Shown here piece after piece: positions 40,060-52,922 of a stretch of DNA of 64,000 nt. Where the stretch lies: contig NC_089432.1 in NCBI RefSeq assembly GCF_026210795.1, positions 2,728,001-2,792,000 on the forward strand. Reading direction: 5' to 3'. Position 1 is the stretch's first letter. Every line of letters starts with the position of its first letter. The translations under genes and the position numbers were made by a program. The stretch comes from Rhizophagus irregularis. Its lineage: Eukaryota. The notes under the pieces are model-generated. The model was not told the origin of the DNA. It made no database searches and saw only the letters and a list, made by a program, of their open reading frames with translations.

Positions 40060-41640
40060 TTAAATAACTTCCTTCATAAAATCATCCATGTTAATCGCTA
40101 AACCATAATAACTTTTCACTTTAATATCATACAACATAAATTCCTTCACTTCGTCTTCCAATGAAAACAATTCATCACTAACGAATTCAGATCTAAATAA
40201 AGCACCATTAATAGCCAAATACTTAACCCTTCTCTTTTTCATGATATATGTTTTTATAGAGGGTAAAATATCTTGACCTTTAGTAATGTTACTTATCAAT
40301 AATTTCTTAGTAAATGTATCTTGAGAACTTTTTAGAAATACTTCAAAATCATATGCTTTAATATAATAAAGATACAAATGTAAATATTCTAATTTTAAAG
40401 GAATGATTTTTCCTAATTTTTGTAATATAATTGAATTATGTCCATTATTATCATGTATACTAATTGTAAGATAATTAAGATTATGTTTAATATTTTCAAT
40501 TAAATTGAGTGCTGGATAAATAATCGGATTATCATTTATATTCAGATCAAGAAATTTGATATTTTTACAATGTTTCACAATTAATTCAAATAATTGTCTC
40601 ATTGCCTGAGGGATCTGAATTAGTCCAGGTGGATAAATAAGTCCGCAATCATACCCAAAATTTTCTAAATAATCACAAGACTTTTGTATTAATAATTGTA
40701 GAGAATCAATTTCTGATATCGCTCCTAACTCTTGTACAAATAAAGATTTTAATTTAAGCGGTTTAGTTAAATTAATAACTTGTTGAGAAAAACCAGTATT
40801 TAAAGAATTACAATTAATTAAATGAACGGATTCTAAAACATTTAATTGTTCAAATATTCTATTTAAATTGATTATACCTTCAAAATCAACGTAATAGAAA
40901 ATAATTGTACTTAAGGTGTTTGAACAATTATAATCTTTTGATAATAATAATGATTGATATGAAAAAAAACTATCATGATCCAATGAAACTTTCTTAAGAT
41001 TTTGATGTAACTTAATTATTGGTAATATACGATTATTAAGTAATTTATTTTCTTTATAATAACCAATATAAAAGTTTAAATTTTTAATATTATTGTGAAT
41101 GAAATTTGTATTCTGTAAAATTAACTCAAGAATATCATCATAATTTATACCAAAAGAAGTATGTTTTATGTCAATTTCAAGAACATCTAAATTTACTTCA
41201 TTTTCAATAAAAAGTTTCACTAATGATACACATATATCAGATGCCAATCTTATAAAATCAGATACGAGGTCTGAATCTCCAATAGCAGCTTCAAGCCAAT
41301 TTATAATAGAAAAAATAAGCTTATTTATATTCAAATATTTTAAAAAACCATAATAATTGAAAAGTGTATTTGAAGGTAATGAATTATTAATAATATTATA
41401 CTCTTTTAATTTTGTTTTAAAATCATCATTTAAATATTGTAAGTAAATTTCAATATAATTATCATAGTTTTCAGTACGAACCGAAAAAGGATTTTCCCAT
41501 AATAATTGAGTTGCTAAACGACACCATAATCTGTTGACTAAAATACATGAATACAAAGTTAAAATATCATTTTGAAAATATTTTATAACTTCATAAGTTA
41601 ATTCGGGCAAATCCCCTGAAAATATTTTTGAACATGACAT
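40060..41640 (-). CDS. F-box-like / LRR-like protein 2 (526 aa)
   Basis: Full-length paralog of 33996-35540 with the same N-terminal motif. Confidence 0.88.
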   Translation of the reverse strand: MSCSKIFSGDLPELTYEVIKYFQNDILTLYSCILVNRLWCRLATQLLWENPFSVRTENYDNYIEIYLQYLNDDFKTKLKEYNIINNSLPSNTLFNYYGFLKYLNINKLIFSIINWLEAAIGDSDLVSDFIRLASDICVSLVKLFIENEVNLDVLEIDIKHTSFGINYDDILELILQNTNFIHNNIKNLNFYIGYYKENKLLNNRILPIIKLHQNLKKVSLDHDSFFSYQSLLLSKDYNCSNTLSTIIFYYVDFEGIINLNRIFEQLNVLESVHLINCNSLNTGFSQQVINLTKPLKLKSLFVQELGAISEIDSLQLLIQKSCDYLENFGYDCGLIYPPGLIQIPQAMRQLFELIVKHCKNIKFLDLNINDNPIIYPALNLIENIKHNLNYLTISIHDNNGHNSIILQKLGKIIPLKLEYLHLYLYYIKAYDFEVFLKSSQDTFTKKLLISNITKGQDILPSIKTYIMKKRRVKYLAINGALFRSEFVSDELFSLEDEVKEFMLYDIKVKSYYGLAINMDDFMKEVI

Positions 41641-42788
41641 ATTGTAAAATTAAAAGAGAAAAGAGGGGTATTTGTGTATCACATTTTACTACGAATAAAT
41701 TTAAAGTTTCGGAAAATGGTGATTCCGATATTGTCGCACAATTAATATTGTGTAACATCACTAACGTCAATCACTACTTAATTCCGGTCAAACTTACCCA
41801 CTCGTGAAATTGATGCCGATCATGCAATATTGACCAAAATTTTTTAAGCCGTAATAAACTTTTTAATTTCTAATATTTTTTCTTTTATCAAAATTTTTTA
41901 ATGCTTAGGTTAATATTTCCTCAAGGGGAGCAGTGCTTTAGTCAATGCTTAGGTTAATAGGCATCCTATTATATATAATTTATAATAATGAAGTTTATAT
42001 AATAAATACAACTGTTAAAATCTTGAAATCACAACTTTTTTGAACCACAAAAAGTTACAAAAAACATATTAAAGAAAATTAGACATCTCAGTTAAGTTTC
42101 CATAATGAAAGATTATTTGTTTTATTATTTATGCTTTTTTTTTAATGAAATCTGTCTAATAATTACATTTTCTATTACATTAGATATTTTATTATAAATT
42201 ATTAAAATACTTATTTGGTTATTAAATAAGATAGCATTAGAAAAATAGAAGAAATTATGTAGTTGTGTTATAATTTTATATATAAATATTATTATGAATG
42301 ATTATAATTAAAGTTAAAGATCACTTCTTTATTGCTTCATTTATTCAGGCTATGTTTAATTTTTCATAAATTATTCAAAGTTCTATTTAAAAAATCCTAC
42401 TTTTACATTCCCATTTCATAAATCTGTACATCCAGCATTACATTCAATATGATATTAAGATATTTTATGATAGAAACACTATTACAACAATGCTTAAACT
42501 TCTTTTTTTCTTACATGCTGCATCCTCTTTTTAATTTCTTCTCCTTTTTGCTACTTGTTTGATAATTTTTTTTTCTAGTAAATAATACAGAAAACAAGGA
42601 CAAACCAAATTATTGTATCACCAAATAAAGAAAGAATTCAGATTTTTGAATTGATAAAAACAATGATAATCTCAATAACAAATGAATGAATGTTTTATTT
42701 GTGTAGGTAAAATTATAAGCAACTTTATTATTAAATAAAAGAATATTCCTGCCTGATATATTTTATTAATACTATTGCTAAACAATTA

Positions 42789-44363
42789 TTAATAAACTTC
42801 CTTTATAAAATTAAGTTTATTTATCACTAAACTATGATAACTTTGTACTATAACATCATTCAGCTTAAATTCCTTCGTTTCATCTTTCAATGAAAACGAT
42901 ATCTTATCATACATATTATAAATAACATCAATAGCCAAATACTTAACCCTTCTCTTTTTAAAGAGATATTTTTTTATAGTGGGTAAAATATCTTTTTGAT
43001 TATAAATGCTACGGATCAATAATTTTTTAATAAAAGTATCTTGAGAATTTTTTAGAAATACCTCAATATCACATTCTCTAATCCAATTAAGATACAAATG
43101 TAAATATTCTAATTTAGAAGGAATGGTTTGTCCTAAATTTTGTAATAAAATTGAACTACATTCAATATTATTTATAGTGATTGAAAGATAATTAAGATTT
43201 TGTTTAATATTTTCAATTAAATTGAATTCTTGATAGATCTTCTGCTGATTATCATCTATAATCAGATTAAGAAATTTGATATTTTTGCAACATGTTATAA
43301 TTAATCCTAATATTTGTTGTTCTAATAGTGAATCATAAATTTCATATTTAGAACCACCATACCCAAAATTTTCTAAATAATCACATGATTTTTGTATTAA
43401 TAATTTTAATGATTCAATTTCTGATTCTGATATCTCCCGTATAGACAAAGATTTTAGTTTAAATGGTTTAGTTAAATTAATAATTTGTTGAGCAAAATAA
43501 TTATTTAAAGATAAACAATCAATGATATGAACGGATTTTAAACCATTTAATTGGTCAAATATTCTATTTAAATTGGTTATATAATTAAAATTAATGCAAT
43601 AGAAAATGATTGTATTTAAAGTATTTGAACAATTATATAAATCTTCTGATGATAATAATTCTTGATATAAATGAAGATTATCATGACCTAATAAAATTTT
43701 CTTAAGGTTTTGATGTAAATTAATTATTTGTAATATACGATATTTAGTCAATGCAAATTCGCGACTATAATCTACAATACTTTCAATAAAAAAGTTTAAA
43801 TTTCTAATATTGTGGATGAAATTTGTATTTTGTAAAATTAATTCAAGAATATCATTAAGACATGGGTAATAACAATTATTATTAATAAAGTCTATTTCAA
43901 TTTCGAGGGTATATAAATTTACTTCATTTTCAATAAAAATTCTAAATAGTGATATACAAATCAATCTTTTAAAATCCAAATCCAATACACTATTTTCAGA
44001 TTTTGAAGCTTTAATATTAAAAGCATCATACCATTCTTGAACAGAGATTATAAGCTTATGTATATTCAAGTATTTTAAAAAACTAGGATAATTAAATAGT
44101 GTTTTCGAAGATAATGAATTATTAATAATATTATATTCTTTTAATTTTGTTTTAAAATCATCATTTGAAAATTGTAAATAAATTTCAATAAAATTATAGT
44201 TTTCAGTACGGATTGAAAAAGGATTTTCCCATAATAATGGAGTTGCTAGATGACACCAGAATCTGTTAACTAAGATGCATGAATATAAAGTTGAATAATC
44301 ATTCTGAAGATATTTTGTAACTTCAATAGTTAATTCAGGTAAAAATCTTTTTGAACATGACAT
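42789..44363 (-). CDS. F-box-like / LRR-like protein 3 (524 aa)
   Basis: Paralog; its 3' flank (~42400-42790) resembles that of gene 2 (~39580-40060). Confidence 0.87.
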   Translation of the reverse strand: MSCSKRFLPELTIEVTKYLQNDYSTLYSCILVNRFWCHLATPLLWENPFSIRTENYNFIEIYLQFSNDDFKTKLKEYNIINNSLSSKTLFNYPSFLKYLNIHKLIISVQEWYDAFNIKASKSENSVLDLDFKRLICISLFRIFIENEVNLYTLEIEIDFINNNCYYPCLNDILELILQNTNFIHNIRNLNFFIESIVDYSREFALTKYRILQIINLHQNLKKILLGHDNLHLYQELLSSEDLYNCSNTLNTIIFYCINFNYITNLNRIFDQLNGLKSVHIIDCLSLNNYFAQQIINLTKPFKLKSLSIREISESEIESLKLLIQKSCDYLENFGYGGSKYEIYDSLLEQQILGLIITCCKNIKFLNLIIDDNQQKIYQEFNLIENIKQNLNYLSITINNIECSSILLQNLGQTIPSKLEYLHLYLNWIRECDIEVFLKNSQDTFIKKLLIRSIYNQKDILPTIKKYLFKKRRVKYLAIDVIYNMYDKISFSLKDETKEFKLNDVIVQSYHSLVINKLNFIKEVY

Positions 44364-44427
44364 GTTGGGCCGGGAATGTCAAATTTTTTATACAAAGTAA
44401 AATTGGCATACTTATATACAGATATTT

Positions 44428-44545
44428 TTTACATGATTCATCATTCATATACAGTACTTTTACATGATTCATTGATTCATCATTCATATACGGATACTGT
44501 CACATGACTCATAATTCATATACTGATATTTTGCATGACTAATTG
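44428..44545. repeat. Imperfect ~30-bp tandem repeats (ACATGA(T/C)TCAT..TTCATATAC)
   Basis: About four visible units just upstream of F-box gene 3. Confidence 0.8.
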
Positions 44546-46245
44546 TAAGTTTCTATATACAAGTTTCCATATACAAGTTTCATATATATACTTCATATAT
44601 GGTCCCGTAATTATAAATACATAAGATATTTGTTAATCAAGTCAAACACTTACTTAGGGTTATCAGAAACAAATATATGTGTAAAGTATTTTTAAGTAAA
44701 TTACAGTTTCAGGGGTATTATTAGTTTTCCGACCGATTAAACCATGTAGCTTGTATATTATAGGTTTACCCGTTTATATAAATAAACCTTTATATAAAAT
44801 AAACCATTCATATACGTACTAGTTAATTTACCAAATATATAAAATATAATAAGAAAAATCAATATTGCGTTATTTAATATATGGAATGGTGAACTTCCGG
44901 CAACACAAATAATGGATTGAATAAACTATTATCAAATAATACATACCGCATTGCGGTTCATGAGGGTAATGATAGAATATTTATATTTGTTTATTTAATG
45001 TTAGACTTATTTATTTTTATATTTAGTATTTTCATTAGTTTCATAGACTATCGCGTTAAAATAAATTAAACTTGATTAAAATTCCTTCTTATTAACAAAG
45101 CTAATAATTATTTTGTAATTTCCATATATTATCGAATACAATAAACATCAATCATTATAATGTTTAAAAAAATTTAGTCCCGATATCAAAAGTCAATTAC
45201 ATCTGTGAAGTTTTATTCATTAATAGTTATTTTAATATGTATATTTATGGTTAAGTATAGTCGTTTTTGATATCCATCCAACAATTTGAGTGAAAAGAAT
45301 TATGATGAATATTTTGGTTGGGATGACTATTAAAAAAATGATGAAATGTTAAATTGTATATCGTGAGGAAATTGATAAAATGAAAAATAAAATGACAATA
45401 ATCGGAAATTATCAACATATTTTATTATTGTGATTTTTTCATACTAAAAAATTTTTATAAGGTCATGATTTGATTGTTTATTTTTTGGAAATTCGTGAAG
45501 CCACACGTTGAATTTGCTTATTTATCTTATTTAAAAACCTTGCGTAGAGCTAGCTATTATAAAATTTTTGACACCTTACATATAAATTTGCTCAGAGTCC
45601 TGATATACCATATATTTTTAAAATTCCATCAGAAATTATTAAAGTTATTATAATTATCAATTGAATATGTTTTAACCTAAAGGTTAATTATAATATTTAA
45701 GAAAAGTGTTCAAATAGTTAAATATTTATATCATTTAGAAAATTACTGAAAATATTCTGAGAATTATTTAAACATTTTAAAGCCATTGATTCATTTAATT
45801 GTACTGTATATCTTTATGATCAACTAATTTTTAATTGCATTTCTTGAATTAATCTATCAATTTGTTTATTATTACTGGTCCAGTTTGTAAAATTTCATTT
45901 AAATAAAACTATTTTACATCATTTATATCCTGCATGATTTATTAATAAATAGTAATTACAAAATTTGACGTTCAATTAAAAATTTAAAAGTATTAAAACA
46001 TATTGTTATTTTTCAAAATTCATATAATCAAATATTTAAACATTAGTAAAATTAATTATATGTGCTAATAAACTAAAAAGTAACGTCAGAGTATATGTTC
46101 AAGAAAGAAAAAATTTATAAATCGATTTATGCTTATCTTGTGGATCGTAATAAGACGTAAAGAAAGGGGCTTATAAGAAAAAGACCTAAGACCTAGACAG
46201 AGAGAGATAGACCTAAAAAAAAGATGACGAAAAAAAATAAAATGA

Positions 46246-46525
46246 AACACCACATACACAAACCCACACACAAACCCACACTCTCACAACACGCCCACAC
46301 TCCCACACCCAACCACACTCCCACACCCACCCGCACACCCAACCCACACACCCAACCCACACTCCCACACTCCCACACTCCCAACCCACAAACCCACACA
46401 CATTCCCACACTCCCACACGCCCACACTCACACTCCCAACCCGCACTCCCAACCCACACTCCCACACACGCCCACACTCCCACTCCCAACCCGCACTCCC
46501 AACCCACACTCCCAAACCCACATAC
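46246..46525. repeat. C/A-rich simple repeat (CCCACA/CACTCC units)
   Basis: Low-complexity tract directly visible. Confidence 0.95.
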
Positions 46526-47984
46526 CTAAAGAGATGTGAAGAAAAAGGGCCTAAAAGAAGATAGACAGAGAGAAGATAAACCTAAAAAAAAGATGACGAA
46601 AAAGATGACGAAAAAAAGTTGACGAAACGAAAGAAAAAAAGATGACGAAGCGAATAAAAAGATGACGAAACGAAAAAAAAGGATGACAAAATGAAAAAAA
46701 AGGGGTCTAAGAAGACCTAATAAGAGAAAAGATGAAATAAATATGATAAAACCACACACAAACTCCTACACTATAAAGGAAGATGTAAAGAAAAGGGCCT
46801 ACAAGATAGAAGACCTAATAAAGAGAAGCCTAGGCAGAGAGAAGATAGACCTTGAAAAAAAAAGACGATGAAGTATATATTGTGTATATATAATATTGTT
46901 AGTTGACAAAAAAAAAATAAATACTTTTTCGAATAAACAGTGAATAATAATAAGATAGGGAGTATAGTATCTTGCATAATACAATTGTTTTGCAATACAA
47001 TTGTTTTGACAATACAATTGTTTGACAATATGACAATATGAGTAATTTTTTCATGGTTATGACTAATAGATGGATATATCTGCGTCTGATCTATTCCAGT
47101 TTGGTTGGCTCGTGAAGATTTTTGTGGCTAATACAGGAAAGCTTGATCAGATTTTTTTTTTGTTATGATGCTAGTTTATTCGGGTGATGTGATCAGCCGC
47201 AGTATATCGTGTTGCCGCTTACCTTTTTTTTATTATTTTTTTTAATTCAGTTTTTTTTTTCAAAACCAGAAAATATTTTTTTTTCTATTTTTGGTCCTCG
47301 AAAAAAAAATTTTTTTTAATTACTAGTTAATATATTTTAAAAGCGTAGTTAGGAATTTTCTAAGTCACGTGACTGGTCGTTATTTACCGTGACATAATTC
47401 AATTTCGCATGACGTTTTAATAATAAATTTATTAATAAAAAAAGTAATTATGTAAATAAAATCTGGACGGATTATTTAAGAGTAATAGCGTGTATAAATT
47501 GGTAGTTTTAAATTTCAATAAAAATGAAGTCTTTTCTATTTGAAGCAGTCCTTGATCAATGGCAAATGATGGGCCAACAGATCTCCGAATTCTCTATCGT
47601 ACATTCAGAATATGAGATAAGCCGGCTGTGATATATGGCATTTTTATTTTGCGAATTATCAAGATTCGTTTCTTTTGGCTCATGACTCATTTCCATAAAA
47701 AATTCCGAAATAGGTTTGTAACGAAGTCACATTTTTCGCACTCAGTCAAATGTGGTCTATCGTATGACCGAAAAATTTTGTAATAATAATTCAACAAATA
47801 CTCATGATAAAAACTCATGAGAATTTTTCATGCAAATCATATTAATCATTTCTTTCGCATAAATTTTTAACTAATAAATTAATTTTTTTACTTATTTTTT
47901 ATTCATTATAATCCACTGATGAAGAGTCTATTTTATTATTAGTCATGGTGAATCTGGAAAGATTTTTACAAGTATATATATACC

Positions 47985-48301
47985 TTCAAACATTTTATTA
48001 TGGTTGTATCATTCCTAGGAAGACTTCTTTTTAGTGATGCTTTTTCGGTTAACATTCGTAATAATAACCTTATTAGTGACGTCAAAATTGAAGATCTCAA
48101 GTTTCTTATCTATCGAGAGATAAGTGATGAATTTAAAGTTAATCATAGGAACCGAACCTTTGAAAGGTTGACATCGCTTACAATGATAAAAACAAGCTTA
48201 AAAATGTTACTACCGAAAGCGAGATGTTGATGTTTACCTTCTCGTTTAAGATATATTTTTTAGATCAAATGCTTGTAGATGAGAACATTCATATCATCGT
48301 A
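47985..48301 (+). pseudogene. Crinkler (CRN)-type N-terminal ubiquitin-like domain relic
   Basis: AFSVNI..KIEDLKFLI, then a frameshift, L*KVDI (LWKV with TGG->TGA at 48161-48163), and DENIHIIV (HVLV-equivalent, ending 48301). Confidence 0.7.
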
Positions 48302-49047
48302 TGTAAAATTACTTTTTTAGTACGAATATTATGTGTATGTTCCTACGTTTATATTGATTCGATCTAGTTTTTGGCGGAAGAGTATTAAGAGGTACATTAT
48401 CAACTTGCAAGACAATATTACAGGAATTTGAACTATGAACTTACTTTATAAAAGAAACGTTTTTTCTAACATGTTGTTTATTTTCTTATAGGTTTTGGTG
48501 CGAGTATATGATGATTGAGTAACAATTTAAGAGTGACATTTTGGATAACTGCGTAATAGTGCTTTCTAAATAATAATTGATTAGCTGTTAATAAAAGATT
48601 TTAATTATGTTTTCTCGTCAGTTTTTTTAAAAACTTCTATTATTGATAATATCTTTCAATTATTGTATTATTTATAAATTATGTTTGTCAGGTTTATTTA
48701 AAAATCTGTTTGATATATGATAAATTGCTTTTTTGTCTAATTTAATAAAAATATCATCGATGGTATAGGAACCCAATATAGAAATGTGACATTGAAATTT
48801 GGCTTTACTTTTTTCGGAAAACATTTTTTGAATGGTCGCGTGGGAATTGGAAGTAACTTATTTAATGGTTCTTATTTTAGAAATATTTTATTGAGGTTGT
48901 CATTAATTTAAAAGTGTGGTACAAAAATAGTCTTTCACGTTACCTTTGCATGAATAGTTAACTGCATCAGTCAAAATTTTTTTTCGAATTAATAAATTTT
49001 CTTTCGCATGCGGCGTCACTATAAAAAATTTAAATACATACTTTAAA

Positions 49048-51626
49048 CTAGCCCGTAGGCCCGGGCGTTGCCCCGGGTTCGCCAACGTCAATGAAATTTT
49101 AAGGTTTGGTTTATGGGTTTATAAGAGGTTAAATTAGATATTTTATTATAAATAAATTATAAGAATATTTTTTTAACTTCAAATTTATATAAGTTTAATA
49201 TTATTAATTTACTATTAATTTACTATTATAATGATCAATTTTAAACAATTTAATTCTAATCATCATACTAAAATCCTAATCCTAATAATCAACTTACTTT
49301 ACTTACTCTCCCTAAACTTAACTAATACTAATCCTAAATCTCCTACTAATATAATTAGTGAAATCAATTTTGTTAGTATAATTTATTATGCAAAATATCA
49401 TCTGAACTGCTTTGCAGTTCAGATAATATTTTGCATAATAAATTATACTAAATGTAACCTAAATAATATTTTATATATGAATTATATCAAATATATAAAA
49501 TAAATTACTTTTTATTTTTATAAAGAATTTTTTTAATTGGGGTGATGATTACTGGTGACTGAAATTATAATGATTGATTGGTATTATTTAAAAAATATAG
49601 TACCGGTAAAAATTGATAACTCTGGTCAATGGTGATGATCACACTGATAATTTGAAGTAAAAATTTTTTATAAATGTAAAGAATTTTTAAATTATATATA
49701 TAATATATTAAAAAATTTTATTATATACAATATTTTTTATATATATATATTTCATCTATTAATATTTTTACTAAAAGTTTAATATTATTTTTTAATTGAA
49801 TCATTAATAATACTACATATAATTGCCATGAGTAAATACAGAATTAATCCTACATATATTATTAGTATTTGTTTTTGGATTTTATTGATTATTATTATAG
49901 TAAAGGCTAAGTAAACTGGAAATTAATAATGTATTAATTAAAATGATAAATATATATATATGATTTATTAAAATTTCTGTATAGAGATTTGCATTGACCT
50001 CTATTTTACAATTCAGTCTGGCCCGCACTTGAAAATTAACCTAAAGTGTTGGCCCAGTCCAGCCCAAATTTATATTAAAAACCTGGCCTGAATTCAGATT
50101 ATTATTATAACATTTGTTGTAAAAACAAAAAAAATCAGACAACTTAATTTTGACTCAATTTAATTTTGGCCAGAATTAAAAAGATTTTGGCCAGAATTAT
50201 GAAAATCTGGGTTTAATGAAAATTATGTGCCAGCCAGAACCCAGCCCAGGTGAATTTTAAAGAAAGTTTGTTAGTCTAAACCTGGATTCAGATCCGAGCC
50301 AGTTAGGGTTTCTGGGTTCTGGGTTCCATTTGCAGACCTTTATTTCTGCATCTATTACATGCTGAAATTTATTAACTATTAGTCTGGTATTATAAGGTTC
50401 TTCTATTGGACTAATATATCTTAAAAGTATAATAGGTATACTAACTTTAAAAATCAATTTGTAGGAAGGAGTTTTAATTGTTAAAGTGTTTAAGAATTCT
50501 ATAGGTTAAAGATTTTGATAAACTAAATCTTTATTTTTAATTGAATCTGCTAATAAGAATTCTTTAGCTTTTTTAGGAAAAATATTAAAACATTATTTTT
50601 GTTATAAATATTGCTTTATTTATAAAATATTGTTCAATTTAAATATTGTATTTTATTATTTTTGGTTATTGAAAATAAATTGTATTTATTATAAAAGTAT
50701 TATTAGAATTTTAAAAACTGTATTTTTATTAATATGTATTGTAATATTGTTATATAGTATTGGAATATATAGTATTGTTAAAAGTTAAATATTGAATTGT
50801 GATTTGCATAAGAATTTTCTTTTGAAAATTTGCGTAATGTCACGTGATAGAGTTTTGCTGAATTAAATAAATCTTTAATTCCGGCCGGAATTAATTGATC
50901 TGCACAATAATTTCCTTTTTGGGAAATTTTGTGTAACCCAAAACTTTATTTTTTGTTAGAAACAAAATTTCCTTTTTTGGAAATTTGTGTAACATCACGT
51001 GATATATTTGGCTCCCATCGGTTGGCTGGCTTGGTTCGGCTTGTTTATGCGCATTTACATACCTTTATCACGTATACATGTCACTACATGCACTAACACG
51101 AAAGTATACGTGTATGAATGCCCTTTAAGCCGATACGGTTTGGCTCGGTTTGGCTTGAATGCCCTTTAAGTGGCTTGATTTCGCTTGATTGATCCTTTAA
51201 GCCGATATACTTTGCCATGATGTTGGCTTAGGTTGGCTTGAAGTTTGGCTTGGCTTGGCTTGGCTTGATCGGCTTGGCTTGGCTTAAAGGTCTGAACCCG
51301 TGATCTTGCGAAATATGTCAATGTAAATATGTAAAAAAATATCCTTGGATTCGAACCCGTGTCTCGTGACTTCATCAAAAAAGTAAAAAAAAAATGTAAA
51401 AAAAAAAATCATCCCCCGGATTCGAACCACTGTGTCTCACCTTCAATCTTGTTAGTGACAGAGACTGCACAAATATACATGAAAAATCAGTGAAAAATCA
51501 GTGATACAGGGGGATGCGACGCGATCTTCACACCTTCCCCGTGACCAATCACATGCCTTCAATTTAATTAGTGACAGAGAATTGCCAAATATATATAGTG
51601 GTGATATAGTGGTGATATAGTGGTGA
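49048..51626 (-). mobile_element. Putative non-autonomous Helitron (~2.6 kb)
   Basis: Minus-strand 3' end: hairpin CCCGGG-GCAACG-CCCGGG (49077-49060), 8 nt, CTAG|T. Candidate 5' end A|TCACCACTATA, repeated three times (ends at 51604, 51615, 51626). Pairing of the two ends is inferred. Confidence 0.55.
51020..51285. repeat. GGCTT pentamer-rich repeat
   Basis: Multiple (T)GGCTT units. Confidence 0.85.
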
Positions 51627-51759
51627 TAAATAGCCTGCTAAAAATGTACTATTTAATAGTAATTTGAAATTTTATAGTAACAATGGCACTCAATGTAGGA
51701 TAATCAAAATCCCATATTACAATCAATAGTGAAATAAATACTTCCAGTTATGAAGTATA

Positions 51760-52258
51760 ACAAATATTATTATTTGAAATATTGTGAAAATATAAAATTA
51801 GTTTTGATTTTTATACAATTGGAAGTCAGTTTACTTATCAAAAATTATATTTTAATTGAAAATATTAATGTACAGCCCATGCATGGTGATTCAAACTGAA
51901 TGTAGTTCAATAAATAATATTACAAAATTTAGGATAAATTTTAAATATTTACATTTGAAACTTTACCACATTGAAGAAGTGTTTCTAAAGAATTCTCAAA
52001 ATACCTTTATTAAGAAATTATTAATCTGTTATTACTTTAATGGCCAAAGTATTTTACCCTCTATAAAAGAATATATTATGAAAAAGAAAAGGGTTAAGTA
52101 TTTGGCTATTAAAAAGTTTAATTTTGCGAAAACTTATGATTGATGAATTGTTTTGATTTTAAGGATGAAGTGAAGAGATTTGGGTTGTATGATATTAAAG
52201 TGCAAAATTTTGATAGATTAAAGATTACCGCGTATGATTATATTATAATTAATCATTA
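51760..52258 (+). pseudogene. 3' fragment of an F-box/LRR-like paralog
   Basis: VFLKNSQNTFIKKLLI..ILPSIKEYIMKKKRVKYLAI and FKDEVKRFGLYDIKVQ match the family C-terminus. Frameshifted, with no 5' part. Confidence 0.85.
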
Positions 52259-52922
52259 AGTAGTATTTTATATGAAGTATATAAAGTTGATACTGAATTT
52301 CATAAAAAATTTTTTGTCACAATAAAATTTTTAGAATATTGTTAAATTATTAATCAGAAGTATAAATATTGATAAGATTTTTTAAACGCGTTAATGGTTA
52401 TTCTTTTTTTGTGGAAATAAAATTAATCTCTTTCGTACAAAAAATTTATTTATATGAAGATTGTAGACTGATAATATTGTAATTATAGGCTTATATGATC
52501 TTTTATTTTGATCACCCAAATTAGTCATTGTAGCTTAAAGATTTTGAGCTTCTTCGTCATATTAATTATAATTCCTTAATTTCAAAAATGAAGAGTTAAA
52601 ATAAAATTATTAAAAATTCATTTTGTTAATTATTTCACGCAGACAATTAAAAAATTGGAAGTTAAAAACACCCGATCATCAAAAGTTTGATGACCTAACT
52701 TAAATTAGAAGTAAAATGATCGACGGTTACCTTTGGCGTTCAGTGATACCATATTTTTTTTAAAAAAACAAAAATATTTATAAATATTTATAAATAGACA
52801 AAAAAAAAAATTATTTATAAATATGTAAATAGTTGAAACAAAAAAAAATATTTCCTATTTTTTTTCAATTTTCGAAAAGCAAAATTTAAATTCCGCAGTA
52901 ATAATTTTTTTCGTACCCAACA

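Noticed and set aside
46193..46529. His/Thr/Pro-rich and Val/Gly/Trp/Cys-rich ORFs
   Set aside because: Open in several frames only because of the CA-rich simple repeat; also not telomeric TTAGGG.
51330..51450. Functional tRNA gene
   Set aside because: Only the T-arm/B-box is present; no acceptor stem, D-arm or A-box could be folded.
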